DNA of 46,273 nucleotides from a virus. The notes beneath the pieces are model-generated. The model ran no database searches, was not told the origin of the DNA, and worked only from the letters and a program-made list of their open reading frames with translations. Location: IMG/VR virus record IMGVR_UViG_3300037589_000034; one strand, given 5' to 3'. Below are positions 24,063 through 32,206 of the stretch, in pieces. Both the position numbers and the translations under genes were made by a program. Each line of letters opens with the position of its first letter. Position 1 is the stretch's first letter.

Positions 24063-24325
24063 AATTTGAATTTGTCAAAGTCACCGGAAAAATCACTCAT
24101 GAAACCTTTGGATGTGACAAGAAATATTTCGAGCAATTCATCAAGAATAAGCCACTACAAATCATCTACTCATCATCAAACCACTACATCCGTGTCAAAG
24201 ACCAAAACGAAGAGGAATGGGGCCTTTTTAAGGACCAATACAAAATCCAAACTGGACTTGGAACTTATGCAGCTCCCAAAGAAAGCCAAGCAGAGCAAAA
24301 GATACTATCTGAGAAAAAGACTTGA
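24059..24325 (+). CDS. Hypothetical protein (88 aa)
   Basis: ATGA overlap with the previous gene, and the sequence looks globular. Confidence 0.55.
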   Translation: MKFEFVKVTGKITHETFGCDKKYFEQFIKNKPLQIIYSSSNHYIRVKDQNEEEWGLFKDQYKIQTGLGTYAAPKESQAEQKILSEKKT

Positions 24326-24470
24326 GAAGGAGGGATATAAGGTGGATTCTCGCAAGATGGAGATTCACCTCCCGGTCTCATCGATCAATGAAATACCAGT
24401 AGGACCTAGATACTATGTCCGGATGATCTTGAGGCTAGGGTACAAAGCTCAATTAAATCTATTCCCCTAA
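24267..24470 (+). CDS. Hypothetical basic protein (67 aa), overlapping the previous gene by 59 nt in another frame
   Basis: Only the C-terminal part of the track ORF 24066-24470 looks protein-like (KRYYLRKRLEKEGYKVDSRKMEIHLP...). The start is uncertain. Confidence 0.3.
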   Translation: MQLPKKAKQSKRYYLRKRLEKEGYKVDSRKMEIHLPVSSINEIPVGPRYYVRMILRLGYKAQLNLFP

Positions 24471-24491
24471 CCACTCAGTCTTTTTTCCAGC

Positions 24492-27395
24492 ATGTTTATA
24501 GATCAGAAAACAATCCTCCAGGCCACAGATGGAGGCTTAAAAATTATTCTTCATTACTATCCTCAAGCGGATCGATGTCTGCAGAATTCCCGAAACAAAT
24601 TCAAGATCCGGGAATCTGAAAAAACAGCATCCGCTACACTCAAGCAGCTCTCCGATGGCAATTGGGTGGTCACTGATTTTGGAGGAGATCAAAAGCCCAA
24701 AAATGGGATCCTCATCTGCATGGAAGAGGAGCGAGTAGATTTCAAAGAGGCTCTTGAGATCCTGGCCTCCAGGTATGGCATCACCGGAGAATCATTCACT
24801 CCGGAGATCCTCAAGCCTGAATTTTCGGAGAGACCTGCAGAGCCAAATGAGAATGAAGGAGAGTGGTACTTCAATGTCAGAAAAGGGTTCACTGACCTGG
24901 ATATCCGGACAGTACTAGCAGAAAAAGCCATCCCCTATAAGATCAATGAGTCTGGTCAGAAAGTATTTGACCGGGATAAGATCGAGCGCATTTTCAGAAA
25001 GTATAATTTCTACTCCCTGGAGTCTTATTCAGTAGTCAAAAACAGAAAAGTAAACACCTTCGCTGCCACAGATAAGTATCCGATTTTCATGTGGGATGAG
25101 GGAAATTTCAAAAAGATCTATCAGCCTCTCTCACCGGATAAGTCCCGGAGATTCATGTACTATGGGGATCGCCCAAAAGATTTTCTCCATGGCTTATCCG
25201 CATGCTATCTGGCCTATGATCAGAATGTCCCAAAGGATGCCAAGGAGATTGTAGATGAGGAGTCTGGAGAAGTGGTCAAACCTGATCCAGAGAAACTTGA
25301 CCAGGTGATCTACTGCTCCGGAGGATCTGATGGAATGAATGTGGCCATGATCGGATATGAAGTAGTTTGGGGCAATTCCGAGACTGCCAAGATCTCGGAT
25401 AAGCAGTACAAGAGTCTCAAGAAAATCGCTGAAAAAGTGATGATCCTAGGAGATATCGATGAGACCGGGATCCGGGAGACTCACCGATTGGCCATGGAGT
25501 ACCTGGAGCTCTATACCATCGAGCTACCAGAGGAGCTCAAGCAGAGACCGGATCGGAGAGGCAATCCCTCCAAGGATGTCCGGGATTTTCTCAAACACTG
25601 GAATAGATGGGATTTTGACCTACTGATCAAGACAGCTCTCCCTTATCAGTTTTGGGAGGAGACATGGGTAGAGAATAAGAGGACCGGAAAGTGGAAACCT
25701 ACTTATGAGGTCCGAAATACCAGGATGTATAATTTCCTAAAGAAAAATGGATTTGCCCGGATCGAGCTGCAGAATGAAAAGGCCGGATACATCTACATCC
25801 AGATCCAGGACAATGTAGTAAAGCAGATCAAGGCTAATGAGGTCAAGAATTACATCAATGAGTTTCTGGCCAGCAGAGGGATGATGGAGCAGCTCCGGGA
25901 TACCTTCTACAGATCAAACCAGGTCAATGAGGGATCCATGTCCAATCTCCCGGTGATCGAGATCGATTTCTCAGACTATGACAAAGAGAATCAGTTTTTC
26001 TTTTTCGAGAATAGAATTATCCAAGTCAATGCCAAGCAAGTCCTGGAGCATAAGCCAGGAGCGATCAATCGATTTGTTTGGGAGGATGAGGTAATTCCAC
26101 ACAAAATCAAACTCCAGGATCCACACTTCAAAGTCACCTCCCGACCTGATGGCTCGCTTGATATCGATGTCCAGAAAAAGGACTGCGTTTTCCTCAACTA
26201 CCTGATCAATGCGAGTCGAGTATTTTGGAGAAAGGAGCTGGAGCAAGCCCTGGATGATATGAGTCCTAAAGAGCAGGAGGAGTATCGTGCCAGGCACAAA
26301 TTCGATATCGCTGGACCTATGCTCAGCGAGGAGGAGATCCGGGAGCAAAAGCAGCATCTGATCAATAAGATCTATTCCCTCGGATACTTGCTGCATCGCT
26401 ACAAGGATCCCTCCAGGCCATGGGCCATTTTTGCCATGGACCACAGGATCGGAGATGATGGAGAGTCCCATGGTGGATCCGGTAAATCGATCTGCTACAA
26501 GGCAGTGAGATCCTTCATGAAATCAGTCACTTTGGATGGCCGGAAATCAAAGCTCACAGAGGATCAATTTATCTATGAGAATGTCACTATTCACACAGAT
26601 TATATTCTGATCGATGATGCCAATCAGTATCTGGATTTCCAGTTTTTCTTTGCTCCTCTTACCGGAGATCTGACAGTCAATCCTAAAAACAATCAGCGAT
26701 TCATTATCCCATTCAAGGATGTGCCCAAGTTTGCGATCACTTCCAATTTCGTGGTCCGCAACCTGGACAGCTCCACCGAGCGGAGATTGCTCTATACGGT
26801 TTTCTCGGATTACTACCACAAAAACTCCAATGATTTCTACCGGGAGGATCGCACTGTCAAGGATGATTTTGGGATCAATATCCTGATGGATGATTTCCCG
26901 GAGAAGGACTGGAATGACTTCTACAATTTCATGATCCAGTGCTGCCAGTTCTACATGAATCATGAAAAGATCTCTCCTCCGATGGACAATGTAGAGCAGC
27001 GAAATCTCAAGTCAATCATGGGAGAGGCATTCCATGAGTGGGCAGATGTCTATTTCTCCGAGGAGGCTGGCAGAAGAGATGTACTCACTGAGAAGGTAGA
27101 GGCATTCGAGGACTTCAAGAGATCTACTCGATCTCAGTGGACCTCTCAGAAGTTTGGCAAGGCTCTCCATGCCTGGGTCAAGTACCATGGCTTTATCCTG
27201 GATCCAGAGGAGTTCAAAAATGCTCAAGGCCGCATCATTCGAAAGGTGGAAAAGGATGGATTCTCAAAATCTGCAGAGATGATCTACATCCGGACCAAGA
27301 AAGTAGATGCTGAGGAGCAAGACAGCTCCATCCCTGCAGAGCAGAAAAATATCCTAGACAATCTTACCGATGATCAAATAGACCTCGCATTCTAA
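24492..27395 (+). CDS. DNA primase (Toprim) fused to SF3 helicase (P4/D5-type primase-helicase)
   Basis: 967 aa. The Toprim-like segment is IYCSGGSDGMNVAMIGYEVVWGNSE...VMILGDIDETG. Walker A is GESHGGSGKS, Walker B is DYILIDDAN, and motif C is FAITSNF. Confidence 0.8.
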   Translation: MFIDQKTILQATDGGLKIILHYYPQADRCLQNSRNKFKIRESEKTASATLKQLSDGNWVVTDFGGDQKPKNGILICMEEERVDFKEALEILASRYGITGESFTPEILKPEFSERPAEPNENEGEWYFNVRKGFTDLDIRTVLAEKAIPYKINESGQKVFDRDKIERIFRKYNFYSLESYSVVKNRKVNTFAATDKYPIFMWDEGNFKKIYQPLSPDKSRRFMYYGDRPKDFLHGLSACYLAYDQNVPKDAKEIVDEESGEVVKPDPEKLDQVIYCSGGSDGMNVAMIGYEVVWGNSETAKISDKQYKSLKKIAEKVMILGDIDETGIRETHRLAMEYLELYTIELPEELKQRPDRRGNPSKDVRDFLKHWNRWDFDLLIKTALPYQFWEETWVENKRTGKWKPTYEVRNTRMYNFLKKNGFARIELQNEKAGYIYIQIQDNVVKQIKANEVKNYINEFLASRGMMEQLRDTFYRSNQVNEGSMSNLPVIEIDFSDYDKENQFFFFENRIIQVNAKQVLEHKPGAINRFVWEDEVIPHKIKLQDPHFKVTSRPDGSLDIDVQKKDCVFLNYLINASRVFWRKELEQALDDMSPKEQEEYRARHKFDIAGPMLSEEEIREQKQHLINKIYSLGYLLHRYKDPSRPWAIFAMDHRIGDDGESHGGSGKSICYKAVRSFMKSVTLDGRKSKLTEDQFIYENVTIHTDYILIDDANQYLDFQFFFAPLTGDLTVNPKNNQRFIIPFKDVPKFAITSNFVVRNLDSSTERRLLYTVFSDYYHKNSNDFYREDRTVKDDFGINILMDDFPEKDWNDFYNFMIQCCQFYMNHEKISPPMDNVEQRNLKSIMGEAFHEWADVYFSEEAGRRDVLTEKVEAFEDFKRSTRSQWTSQKFGKALHAWVKYHGFILDPEEFKNAQGRIIRKVEKDGFSKSAEMIYIRTKKVDAEEQDSSIPAEQKNILDNLTDDQIDLAF

Positions 27396-27628
27396 TGAAA
27401 ACAATCACAATCCAAACCGAGGCCAAGCTGGCCACAGATCTGAGAGAATTCATAGATCCTCTCAAAATGCGAAAAAGGATAGGCATGGTTTATTTCCAGG
27501 CTCTATCTGATGGTGGTCTCATCACTCGCACTATCAGCGATGAGACAGACAAAGAGTCCCTCCGGACCATGATCCGGGATCAAAAAATTTTCATTCCAAT
27601 CAAAACAATCACAGCAGAAAAATCATGA
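27395..27628 (+). CDS. Hypothetical protein (77 aa)
   Basis: TAATG overlap with the primase-helicase stop. Confidence 0.55.
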   Translation: MKTITIQTEAKLATDLREFIDPLKMRKRIGMVYFQALSDGGLITRTISDETDKESLRTMIRDQKIFIPIKTITAEKS

Positions 27629-27930
27629 AAAAATCAATCGAAGTACCAGAGTCATTTATCCGGCTCATCCGGGACACTAGAGAGGCTCAGAAGGCCTATT
27701 TCGAGGCCGCTCTGACAGCTCGCAAGACTAACCTGCCTCAAGCATGGGCAGCTAAAAAAGAGAAGCTCCTGGAGTCTAAAAACCTGGAAGCTCATCTGGA
27801 TCAGCAGACAGCTCACTACCTGGGAGAGATCTATGGATCTATCTCAGCTCAGAAAGCTATCGAGCAGCTCCGGCTAGATCTCGATGCTGATCTGCAGCAT
27901 GCCAGAAAGGAGGCATCCAGTGGGACCTAA
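27625..27930 (+). CDS. Hypothetical helical protein (101 aa)
   Basis: ATGA overlap with the previous gene. Confidence 0.55.
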   Translation: MKKSIEVPESFIRLIRDTREAQKAYFEAALTARKTNLPQAWAAKKEKLLESKNLEAHLDQQTAHYLGEIYGSISAQKAIEQLRLDLDADLQHARKEASSGT

Positions 27931-28016
27931 TATGATCCTGATCACAGTGCTGCTCTGCATCCTGGATCTCGCTCTATTCTACATCATTTATTTACTCAAC
28001 AAAACACAATCACAAC

Positions 28017-28346
28017 ATGAAAAAGACAACGATTTTACTCGCATCACTCCTGATTTTCCTACTCGCAAATCCCGAGACTACAGGGGAATCCCAAGTCAAT
28101 TCTTTAGAGACAGTGGCAGAGAGCCAAAAGATTGAGCTCCTGGCAGAGGAGGGACCTAAATACAATAGGAATAAGATCCATCGCCAAAACTCTCCCAAGC
28201 GCAAAAACAGGAGGGCCAAGAGGCTGCAGCGCAGAAATGGTATAGGTATGGCCTATCCGGCCCGGATCGAGTGGCTCCTGGTAGATGTCCAGCTGCCAAA
28301 GCCTCTTCTCGCTTATGAGCTCAGAAAGGAGGTGATCCGTGGATAA
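28017..28346 (+). CDS. Secreted, strongly basic hypothetical protein (109 aa)
   Basis: Signal peptide MKKTTILLASLLIFLLANPE, a CACAATCACAAC leader before the ATG, and a K/R-rich centre. Confidence 0.5.
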   Translation: MKKTTILLASLLIFLLANPETTGESQVNSLETVAESQKIELLAEEGPKYNRNKIHRQNSPKRKNRRAKRLQRRNGIGMAYPARIEWLLVDVQLPKPLLAYELRKEVIRG

Positions 28347-28392
28347 GTACTATCATGATCATGAGCAGGATGAGCGGGATTACTACGAGCAG

Positions 28393-28695
28393 ATGAGCTT
28401 TAAGCGATTAGATGGCTGCCTGTTTTCATTCAAGGCTTTCTTGATTGCCGGGATCATCTTTTTGCTCACCATGCTATTCGTAGGCTGCTCCTCAGCGAAG
28501 CTCCCGGCTACTGAGTCTATCGGTACGGTGATATCTGTGGATGGAGATAAGGTCCTGGTGGCTTTTGAGGTGGTCAGCGAGCAGCGAGGATCCCAGGCAT
28601 CTAATTGGTTTTATGTCCCCAGGCATAGCTACAGCAAAGGAGATCGATTTCCGGATCCATGCAAGGATCCTCAACTCCAAAAATTCTGTCAATGA
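28393..28695 (+). CDS. Lipoprotein candidate (100 aa)
   Basis: The version starting at MSFKRL.. carries FLLTMLFVGCSS, a lipobox-like signal. The track ORF starts at a GTG at 28339. Confidence 0.5.
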   Translation: MSFKRLDGCLFSFKAFLIAGIIFLLTMLFVGCSSAKLPATESIGTVISVDGDKVLVAFEVVSEQRGSQASNWFYVPRHSYSKGDRFPDPCKDPQLQKFCQ

Positions 28696-28796
28696 TACAC
28701 GAGATCATTTCATGGATCACCGGAGCTAGCATTGCTGGCCTGGTGATCTCCCTCATACTTAAAGAATTCTCCCCATTCAAACACAAGAAAAAATGA
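28692..28796 (+). CDS. Small membrane peptide (34 aa)
   Basis: MIHEIISWITGASIAGLVISLILKEFSPFKHKKK. It has an ATGA overlap upstream, and its stop overlaps the next gene's ATG. Confidence 0.4.
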   Translation: MIHEIISWITGASIAGLVISLILKEFSPFKHKKK

Positions 28797-29578
28797 AATT
28801 AAAACCTAATCAATTCGAGGCCCGGCCAGGACTGATCATCACAGAGCTCCCGCTACTATTCCAAACAGAGATGGTCCAGGCTATTCTCTCTGGCCGCAAG
28901 ACACAAACTCGCAGGATCAAAGGCCTCCAGGCTATCAATGATCCAGAATACTTTAAATCAGTCACATTGATGAGAATGGACCATGATATTGATAGAGAGT
29001 ACTGCCTCAAAGTATTTCGAAATTCTGATTACAGCAATTACACTAAAATTCGATCTCCCTATGGCCAGCCTGGAGACCTACTTTATGTCAGGGAAAAATT
29101 TACACCATTGCCATTCGACATGGTAAATCAAAAAACTGCATTACACTTCTCATATTTTTCTGATTGTGATGGAGATTCACTGGAGCTTGCTAAAGAATAT
29201 GGCTTTAAATGGAAACCATCCATCCACATGCCCAAGGATGCAGCCCGGATCTGGCTCATGTTAGAGGATATCCGGCCACAGAGACTCCAAGATATCACCG
29301 AGCAGGATGCTATTGCTGAGGGGATCTTACCTATTGACCAGCATGGACAATTGGTCTGGAAACGATACGATGAAAATGCTACAGTCACATCATCTCCCAT
29401 TGTCTCTTTTTGGTCTCTTTGGAGTTCCATCAATGGCGAGGATTCCTGGCAGCATAACCCATGGGTATGGGTGGTCAAGTTTCGAGTCCTGTCCACTACC
29501 GGGAGGCCATCCATCAAGCAGATCCTGGAGGCTCACACAGATATCACCAGCGAATGCAAGGAGGTGAGCCATGCCTAA
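28793..29578 (+). CDS. Conserved phage protein, possibly ASCH/PUA-like fold (261 aa)
   Basis: The N-terminal FQTEMVQAILSGRKTQTRR, then YGQPGDLLYVRE and WKPSIHMPKDAARIWL..RPQRLQDITEQDAIAEG, recur in many phage proteins I recall. The family name is uncertain. Confidence 0.4.
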   Translation: MKLKPNQFEARPGLIITELPLLFQTEMVQAILSGRKTQTRRIKGLQAINDPEYFKSVTLMRMDHDIDREYCLKVFRNSDYSNYTKIRSPYGQPGDLLYVREKFTPLPFDMVNQKTALHFSYFSDCDGDSLELAKEYGFKWKPSIHMPKDAARIWLMLEDIRPQRLQDITEQDAIAEGILPIDQHGQLVWKRYDENATVTSSPIVSFWSLWSSINGEDSWQHNPWVWVVKFRVLSTTGRPSIKQILEAHTDITSECKEVSHA

Positions 29579-29780
29579 GCTGAGCAAATCCTTCCACCTG
29601 GAGATCACTGTAGAGCAGTTTCTATCTGCTTGCTCACTCCTGGAGCTCCAAGAGATCGATCTCCTCATTGGTGCATACCTGCAGCGAGCAGAGAGAAGAT
29701 CTCCAGCTCCATTCCAAATCGAATTGGCAAAAGGCCTCCAGGAGGCCTCTGAATCACTTAATCACAAGTCAAATGAATAG
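29571..29780 (+). CDS. Hypothetical protein (69 aa)
   Basis: It overlaps the previous gene by 8 nt. Confidence 0.5.
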   Translation: MPKLSKSFHLEITVEQFLSACSLLELQEIDLLIGAYLQRAERRSPAPFQIELAKGLQEASESLNHKSNE

Positions 29781-30048
29781 TCAAGAATTAGATCAAAAGC
29801 TCCTGGATCTAGCCATCGAGCAGACAGCATATTTCCTGTCTATGGTCCCTGCTAGAGACTCCAATTTTATAGTCTCTGAGCTCTTTAAAAACACCTATGA
29901 GAAATTCCGGGAACACCAGCAGCGGCTCAACTCTCTCCAGATCCTGGAGATAGCTGATTGGGAATTTGAGGTCAAGGCCAATAGCCAGGCCCGAGCTACC
30001 TTATTAATCGAATTGAAATCCAATAAAAACCAAAATCCCAATGAGTAA
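29773..30048 (+). CDS. Hypothetical protein (91 aa)
   Basis: Internal ATG of the track ORF 29668-30048, overlapping the previous stop. Confidence 0.5.
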   Translation: MNSQELDQKLLDLAIEQTAYFLSMVPARDSNFIVSELFKNTYEKFREHQQRLNSLQILEIADWEFEVKANSQARATLLIELKSNKNQNPNE

Positions 30049-30331
30049 AGACCAGGAAAAATCCACAGCTGCAGATGAGCAGCCTCACATCGTATCCACC
30101 GGATGGAGAATGAAGGACCTCTCCCATGAGGAGCTCAAGGCCGCTCCGGATGATGTATTTGAGATCTACATGCAAATGAAAGCTGGCCAGGCTGTGGATC
30201 CACAGCAGCTCGCTACAGCGATCAGAGAGCATCGCAGATACTTTATCGGACCTAAAGCTCGCTATCAGAAGAGACCAAGGCCCAAGAGCTTTTCAGATCG
30301 ATTCAAAGAGTCTCTCAGAAATGGAAAATAA
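30041..30331 (+). CDS. Hypothetical protein (96 aa)
   Basis: It overlaps the previous gene by 8 nt. Confidence 0.55.
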   Translation: MSKDQEKSTAADEQPHIVSTGWRMKDLSHEELKAAPDDVFEIYMQMKAGQAVDPQQLATAIREHRRYFIGPKARYQKRPRPKSFSDRFKESLRNGK

Positions 30332-30434
30332 ACCAGAGATCCTCATCGAATATGACTCCTGCTATCGTGGCCAGATCGAGATCCATCGGCTGGCCACTAC
30401 CGGAGAGATCGTGTATATGAAAATCATTCGCTGA
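30321..30434 (+). CDS. Small ORF (37 aa)
   Basis: MENKPEILIEYDSCYRGQIEIHRLATTGEIVYMKIIR. It overlaps the previous stop, and its TGA lies in the first bases of the 41-bp repeat. Confidence 0.35.
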   Translation: MENKPEILIEYDSCYRGQIEIHRLATTGEIVYMKIIR

Positions 30435-30471
30435 CTCCCCAATCCCCTCAATAATTTGTATCAATCGTAAC
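30431..30471 (+). repeat. 41-bp direct repeat, copy 1
   Basis: CTGACTCCCCAATCCCCTCAATAATTTGTATCAATCGTAAC is identical to 31386-31426. Confidence 0.95.
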
Positions 30472-30479
30472 CTTGTATC

Positions 30480-31409
30480 ATGCCAGTTAAACTCATCGAT
30501 CACAATTATAAGCCATGGCTATCCAAGAAAAGACAAGAAAACGGAGCGGCCACTTATTCCTATGAATTGTGCCAGGATCAGATCCATACACTGATCCTCA
30601 CACTTGGTAAGCAGCATCCGGATAAGCGGATCCTGATCTCCTCAGCTCCTCCCTTGGACCAGGTATTACCGGAGGATAGATTTGATCCGGATCTCCTCAT
30701 CCAGTACTTGCATACCTATCCCTACAAAGATCCATTTGGACCACTGGATAAGATCTTGACATCCTATATGGCCACTCCCATGATCCTGGTCACTGCCTAC
30801 AAAAACTACTACCACAGGATCAATCTATGGATAGAGAAGTATGAGCTCCCGGTCCGGGTGATTTTCCTACCTATGTCAATCTCCATCCATCCTTTGGCTC
30901 AGATCAAGGATAGGACAGAGGATCCGGATCCAGCTGATAAAAGGATCATCTATTTTGGGAATTTATATCGAGCCAAAGCCACAGAATTTTACAGAGTAGT
31001 TGATCTTATCAAGTCACAAGGATGGACTGTAGATGTCATTTCCAAATCGAAATTCAATAACTCCGGAGAGATCCTAAACAGGGAGCAGATATGGGAGATC
31101 ATTCGAGGCTATAGCTATGGCATAGGAGTAGGGAGATGTGCACAGGAGATGTATGCGCTAGGCCTCAAGGTCCTGATATCCGGAGAGCATTGGGGAGGCC
31201 TCCTGATGGATCCAGAGGACTTGCAGACACAGCTCCGGTCAAATTTCAATGGTCGGATCATCACCGGGACCAGGGATCTTATCGAGGCACTGGAGCTGCT
31301 CCCATACTCTTACAGCCCGCAATTTGATTTCATTAAGGAAAAGCACTATCACTGGAACTTGATGAGAGCTGCAGCCAAAGAACTTCTGACTCCCCAATCC
31401 CCTCAATAA
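30480..31409 (+). CDS. Possible GT-B-fold glycosyltransferase-like protein (309 aa)
   Basis: KRIIYFGNLYRAKATEF...GIGVGRCAQEMYALGLKVLISGE resembles the C-terminal Rossmann half of GT1-type enzymes. This is weak, motif-level evidence only. The gene is flanked by the 41-bp repeats. Confidence 0.3.
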   Translation: MPVKLIDHNYKPWLSKKRQENGAATYSYELCQDQIHTLILTLGKQHPDKRILISSAPPLDQVLPEDRFDPDLLIQYLHTYPYKDPFGPLDKILTSYMATPMILVTAYKNYYHRINLWIEKYELPVRVIFLPMSISIHPLAQIKDRTEDPDPADKRIIYFGNLYRAKATEFYRVVDLIKSQGWTVDVISKSKFNNSGEILNREQIWEIIRGYSYGIGVGRCAQEMYALGLKVLISGEHWGGLLMDPEDLQTQLRSNFNGRIITGTRDLIEALELLPYSYSPQFDFIKEKHYHWNLMRAAAKELLTPQSPQ

Positions 31410-31426
31410 TTTGTATCAATCGTAAC
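31386..31426 (+). repeat. 41-bp direct repeat, copy 2
   Basis: Identical to 30431-30471. It encodes the last 8 codons and the stop of the preceding gene. Confidence 0.95.
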
Positions 31427-31435
31427 TATGTAACT

Positions 31436-31627
31436 ATGAGAAAATGGATAATCCTAAAAATGCTCCATCCGCTCCAATTTAAGATGGTGATCAATCAGAT
31501 CAATGAAATAGCAGTCTGCCATCCTAAATCCTCAATGCTCAAGGTATTTGATACCTTAGAGGAGGCGAGTAATTACCAGGAGGAGCATGGAATAAGTGGC
31601 CAATGCGTAGAGCTGCCTATTTACTAA
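31436..31627 (+). CDS. Hypothetical protein (63 aa)
   Basis: ORF 10 nt after repeat copy 2, followed by a terminator. Confidence 0.5.
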   Translation: MRKWIILKMLHPLQFKMVINQINEIAVCHPKSSMLKVFDTLEEASNYQEEHGISGQCVELPIY

Positions 31628-31648
31628 CCACAATCAAAGCCAAAATCC

Positions 31649-31684
31649 AGGGCCTGTACGATATTCAGTACAGGCTCTTTTCAT
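31649..31684 (+). terminator. Rho-independent terminator ending the early/replication operon
   Basis: GCCTGTAC-(8 nt)-GTACAGGC with flanking extra pairs, followed by TCTTTTC. Confidence 0.65.
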
Positions 31685-31817
31685 TTATGCGATTCTCAGG
31701 GCCTTTATTTTGCCCGCTGCAGCCTTTTCTCATCGTACTAAGACACAAAACCTATCCCGGATCCTCCGGTCCGGGATGCCGATCTTTTTATGGCCCTATG
31801 GCCAGTGGCTTTTGTTT

Positions 31818-31830
31818 TCCCCAATCCCCT
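31818..31830 (+). repeat. Third copy of the TCCCCAATCCCCT box
   Basis: A 13-nt exact match to the core of the 41-bp repeats, 10 nt upstream of a TTGACA hexamer. Confidence 0.8.
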
Positions 31831-31839
31831 ACTTATTTT

Positions 31840-31867
31840 TTGACAAATTTCTGTAACTCTGTATAAA
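31840..31867 (+). promoter_or_regulatory. Sigma70-like promoter (TTGACA-16 nt-TATAAA)
   Basis: TTGACA at 31840-31845 and TATAAA at 31862-31867, pointing toward the head module. A Bacteroidota host would use a different consensus, so this is tentative. Confidence 0.4.
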
Positions 31868-32206
31868 AGAAGAAATACAATAACAATACTCCAAGATTCT
31901 CAGGGACTTACAGAGATACAAAATCTACTTTTGATCTGTATCTGTTTTTGGGAGGATACAGAAATTCTGTAACCGGATTTCTGTCAGTTTTTTGGATACA
32001 AAAATTTGTACCTGATGATACAATTTGATTTTTTGATTTGTGTCAATACAACCTACTGTAAATCAATGAATTAAAATCTCAATGTTACAGAGATACAGGG
32101 ATACAGAAAAATACAGGAAAAATTGACCTACGATATAATACAGTAATCATGCAGTGGTATTGCAGTAGTCTCCAGAATACTGTATTTTCGGTAGAAACAG
32201 CCTACT
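31868..32206. repeat. Array of (G/A)ATACA(G/A) / TGTATC short repeats in a 340-nt non-coding region
   Basis: Hand count of at least 11 ATACA words, for example AGATACAAAA 31915, GGATACAGAAA 31955, GGATACAAAAA 31995, TGATACAAT 32018, AGATACAGGGATACAGAAAAATACAGG 32090-32116 and AATACAGTAA 32138. Inverted copies are CTGTATCTG at 31937 and AATACTGTATT at 32176. Confidence 0.8.

Noticed and set aside
24066-24266. N-terminal two thirds of the track ORF 24066-24470
   Set aside because: The translation is S/T/K low complexity and lies entirely inside the better ORF 24059-24325. Only the downstream part is kept, as a low-confidence gene.
24689-27227. Antisense ORFs inside the primase-helicase gene (24689-24931, 25971-26471, 25991-26197, 26547-26963, 27012-27227)
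   Set aside because: They are embedded in a 967-aa gene with Toprim and SF3 helicase motifs.
27884-28135. 83-aa ORF (or its internal start at 27932 encoding a TM peptide) overlapping 28017-28346
   Set aside because: It overlaps by about 120 nt the ORF that has the conserved CACAATCACAAC leader and a signal peptide. It cannot be excluded, but I did not list it.
30315-30503. 62-aa ORF on the - strand
   Set aside because: It is the only - strand ORF in a tightly coupled + strand operon. It spans the 41-bp repeat and the next gene's start. A + strand 37-aa ORF explains the space better.
30480-31409. T4-type DNA beta-glucosyltransferase assignment
   Set aside because: There is only a vague resemblance (IIYFGNLYR vs VIYGGSFR), and the window has no hydroxymethylase or other hypermodification genes.
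31603-31866. 87-aa ORF downstream of 31436-31627
   Set aside because: It runs across a terminator hairpin, the CCCCAATCCCCT box and the promoter-like hexamers. Its translation is F/P/C-rich and not protein-like.
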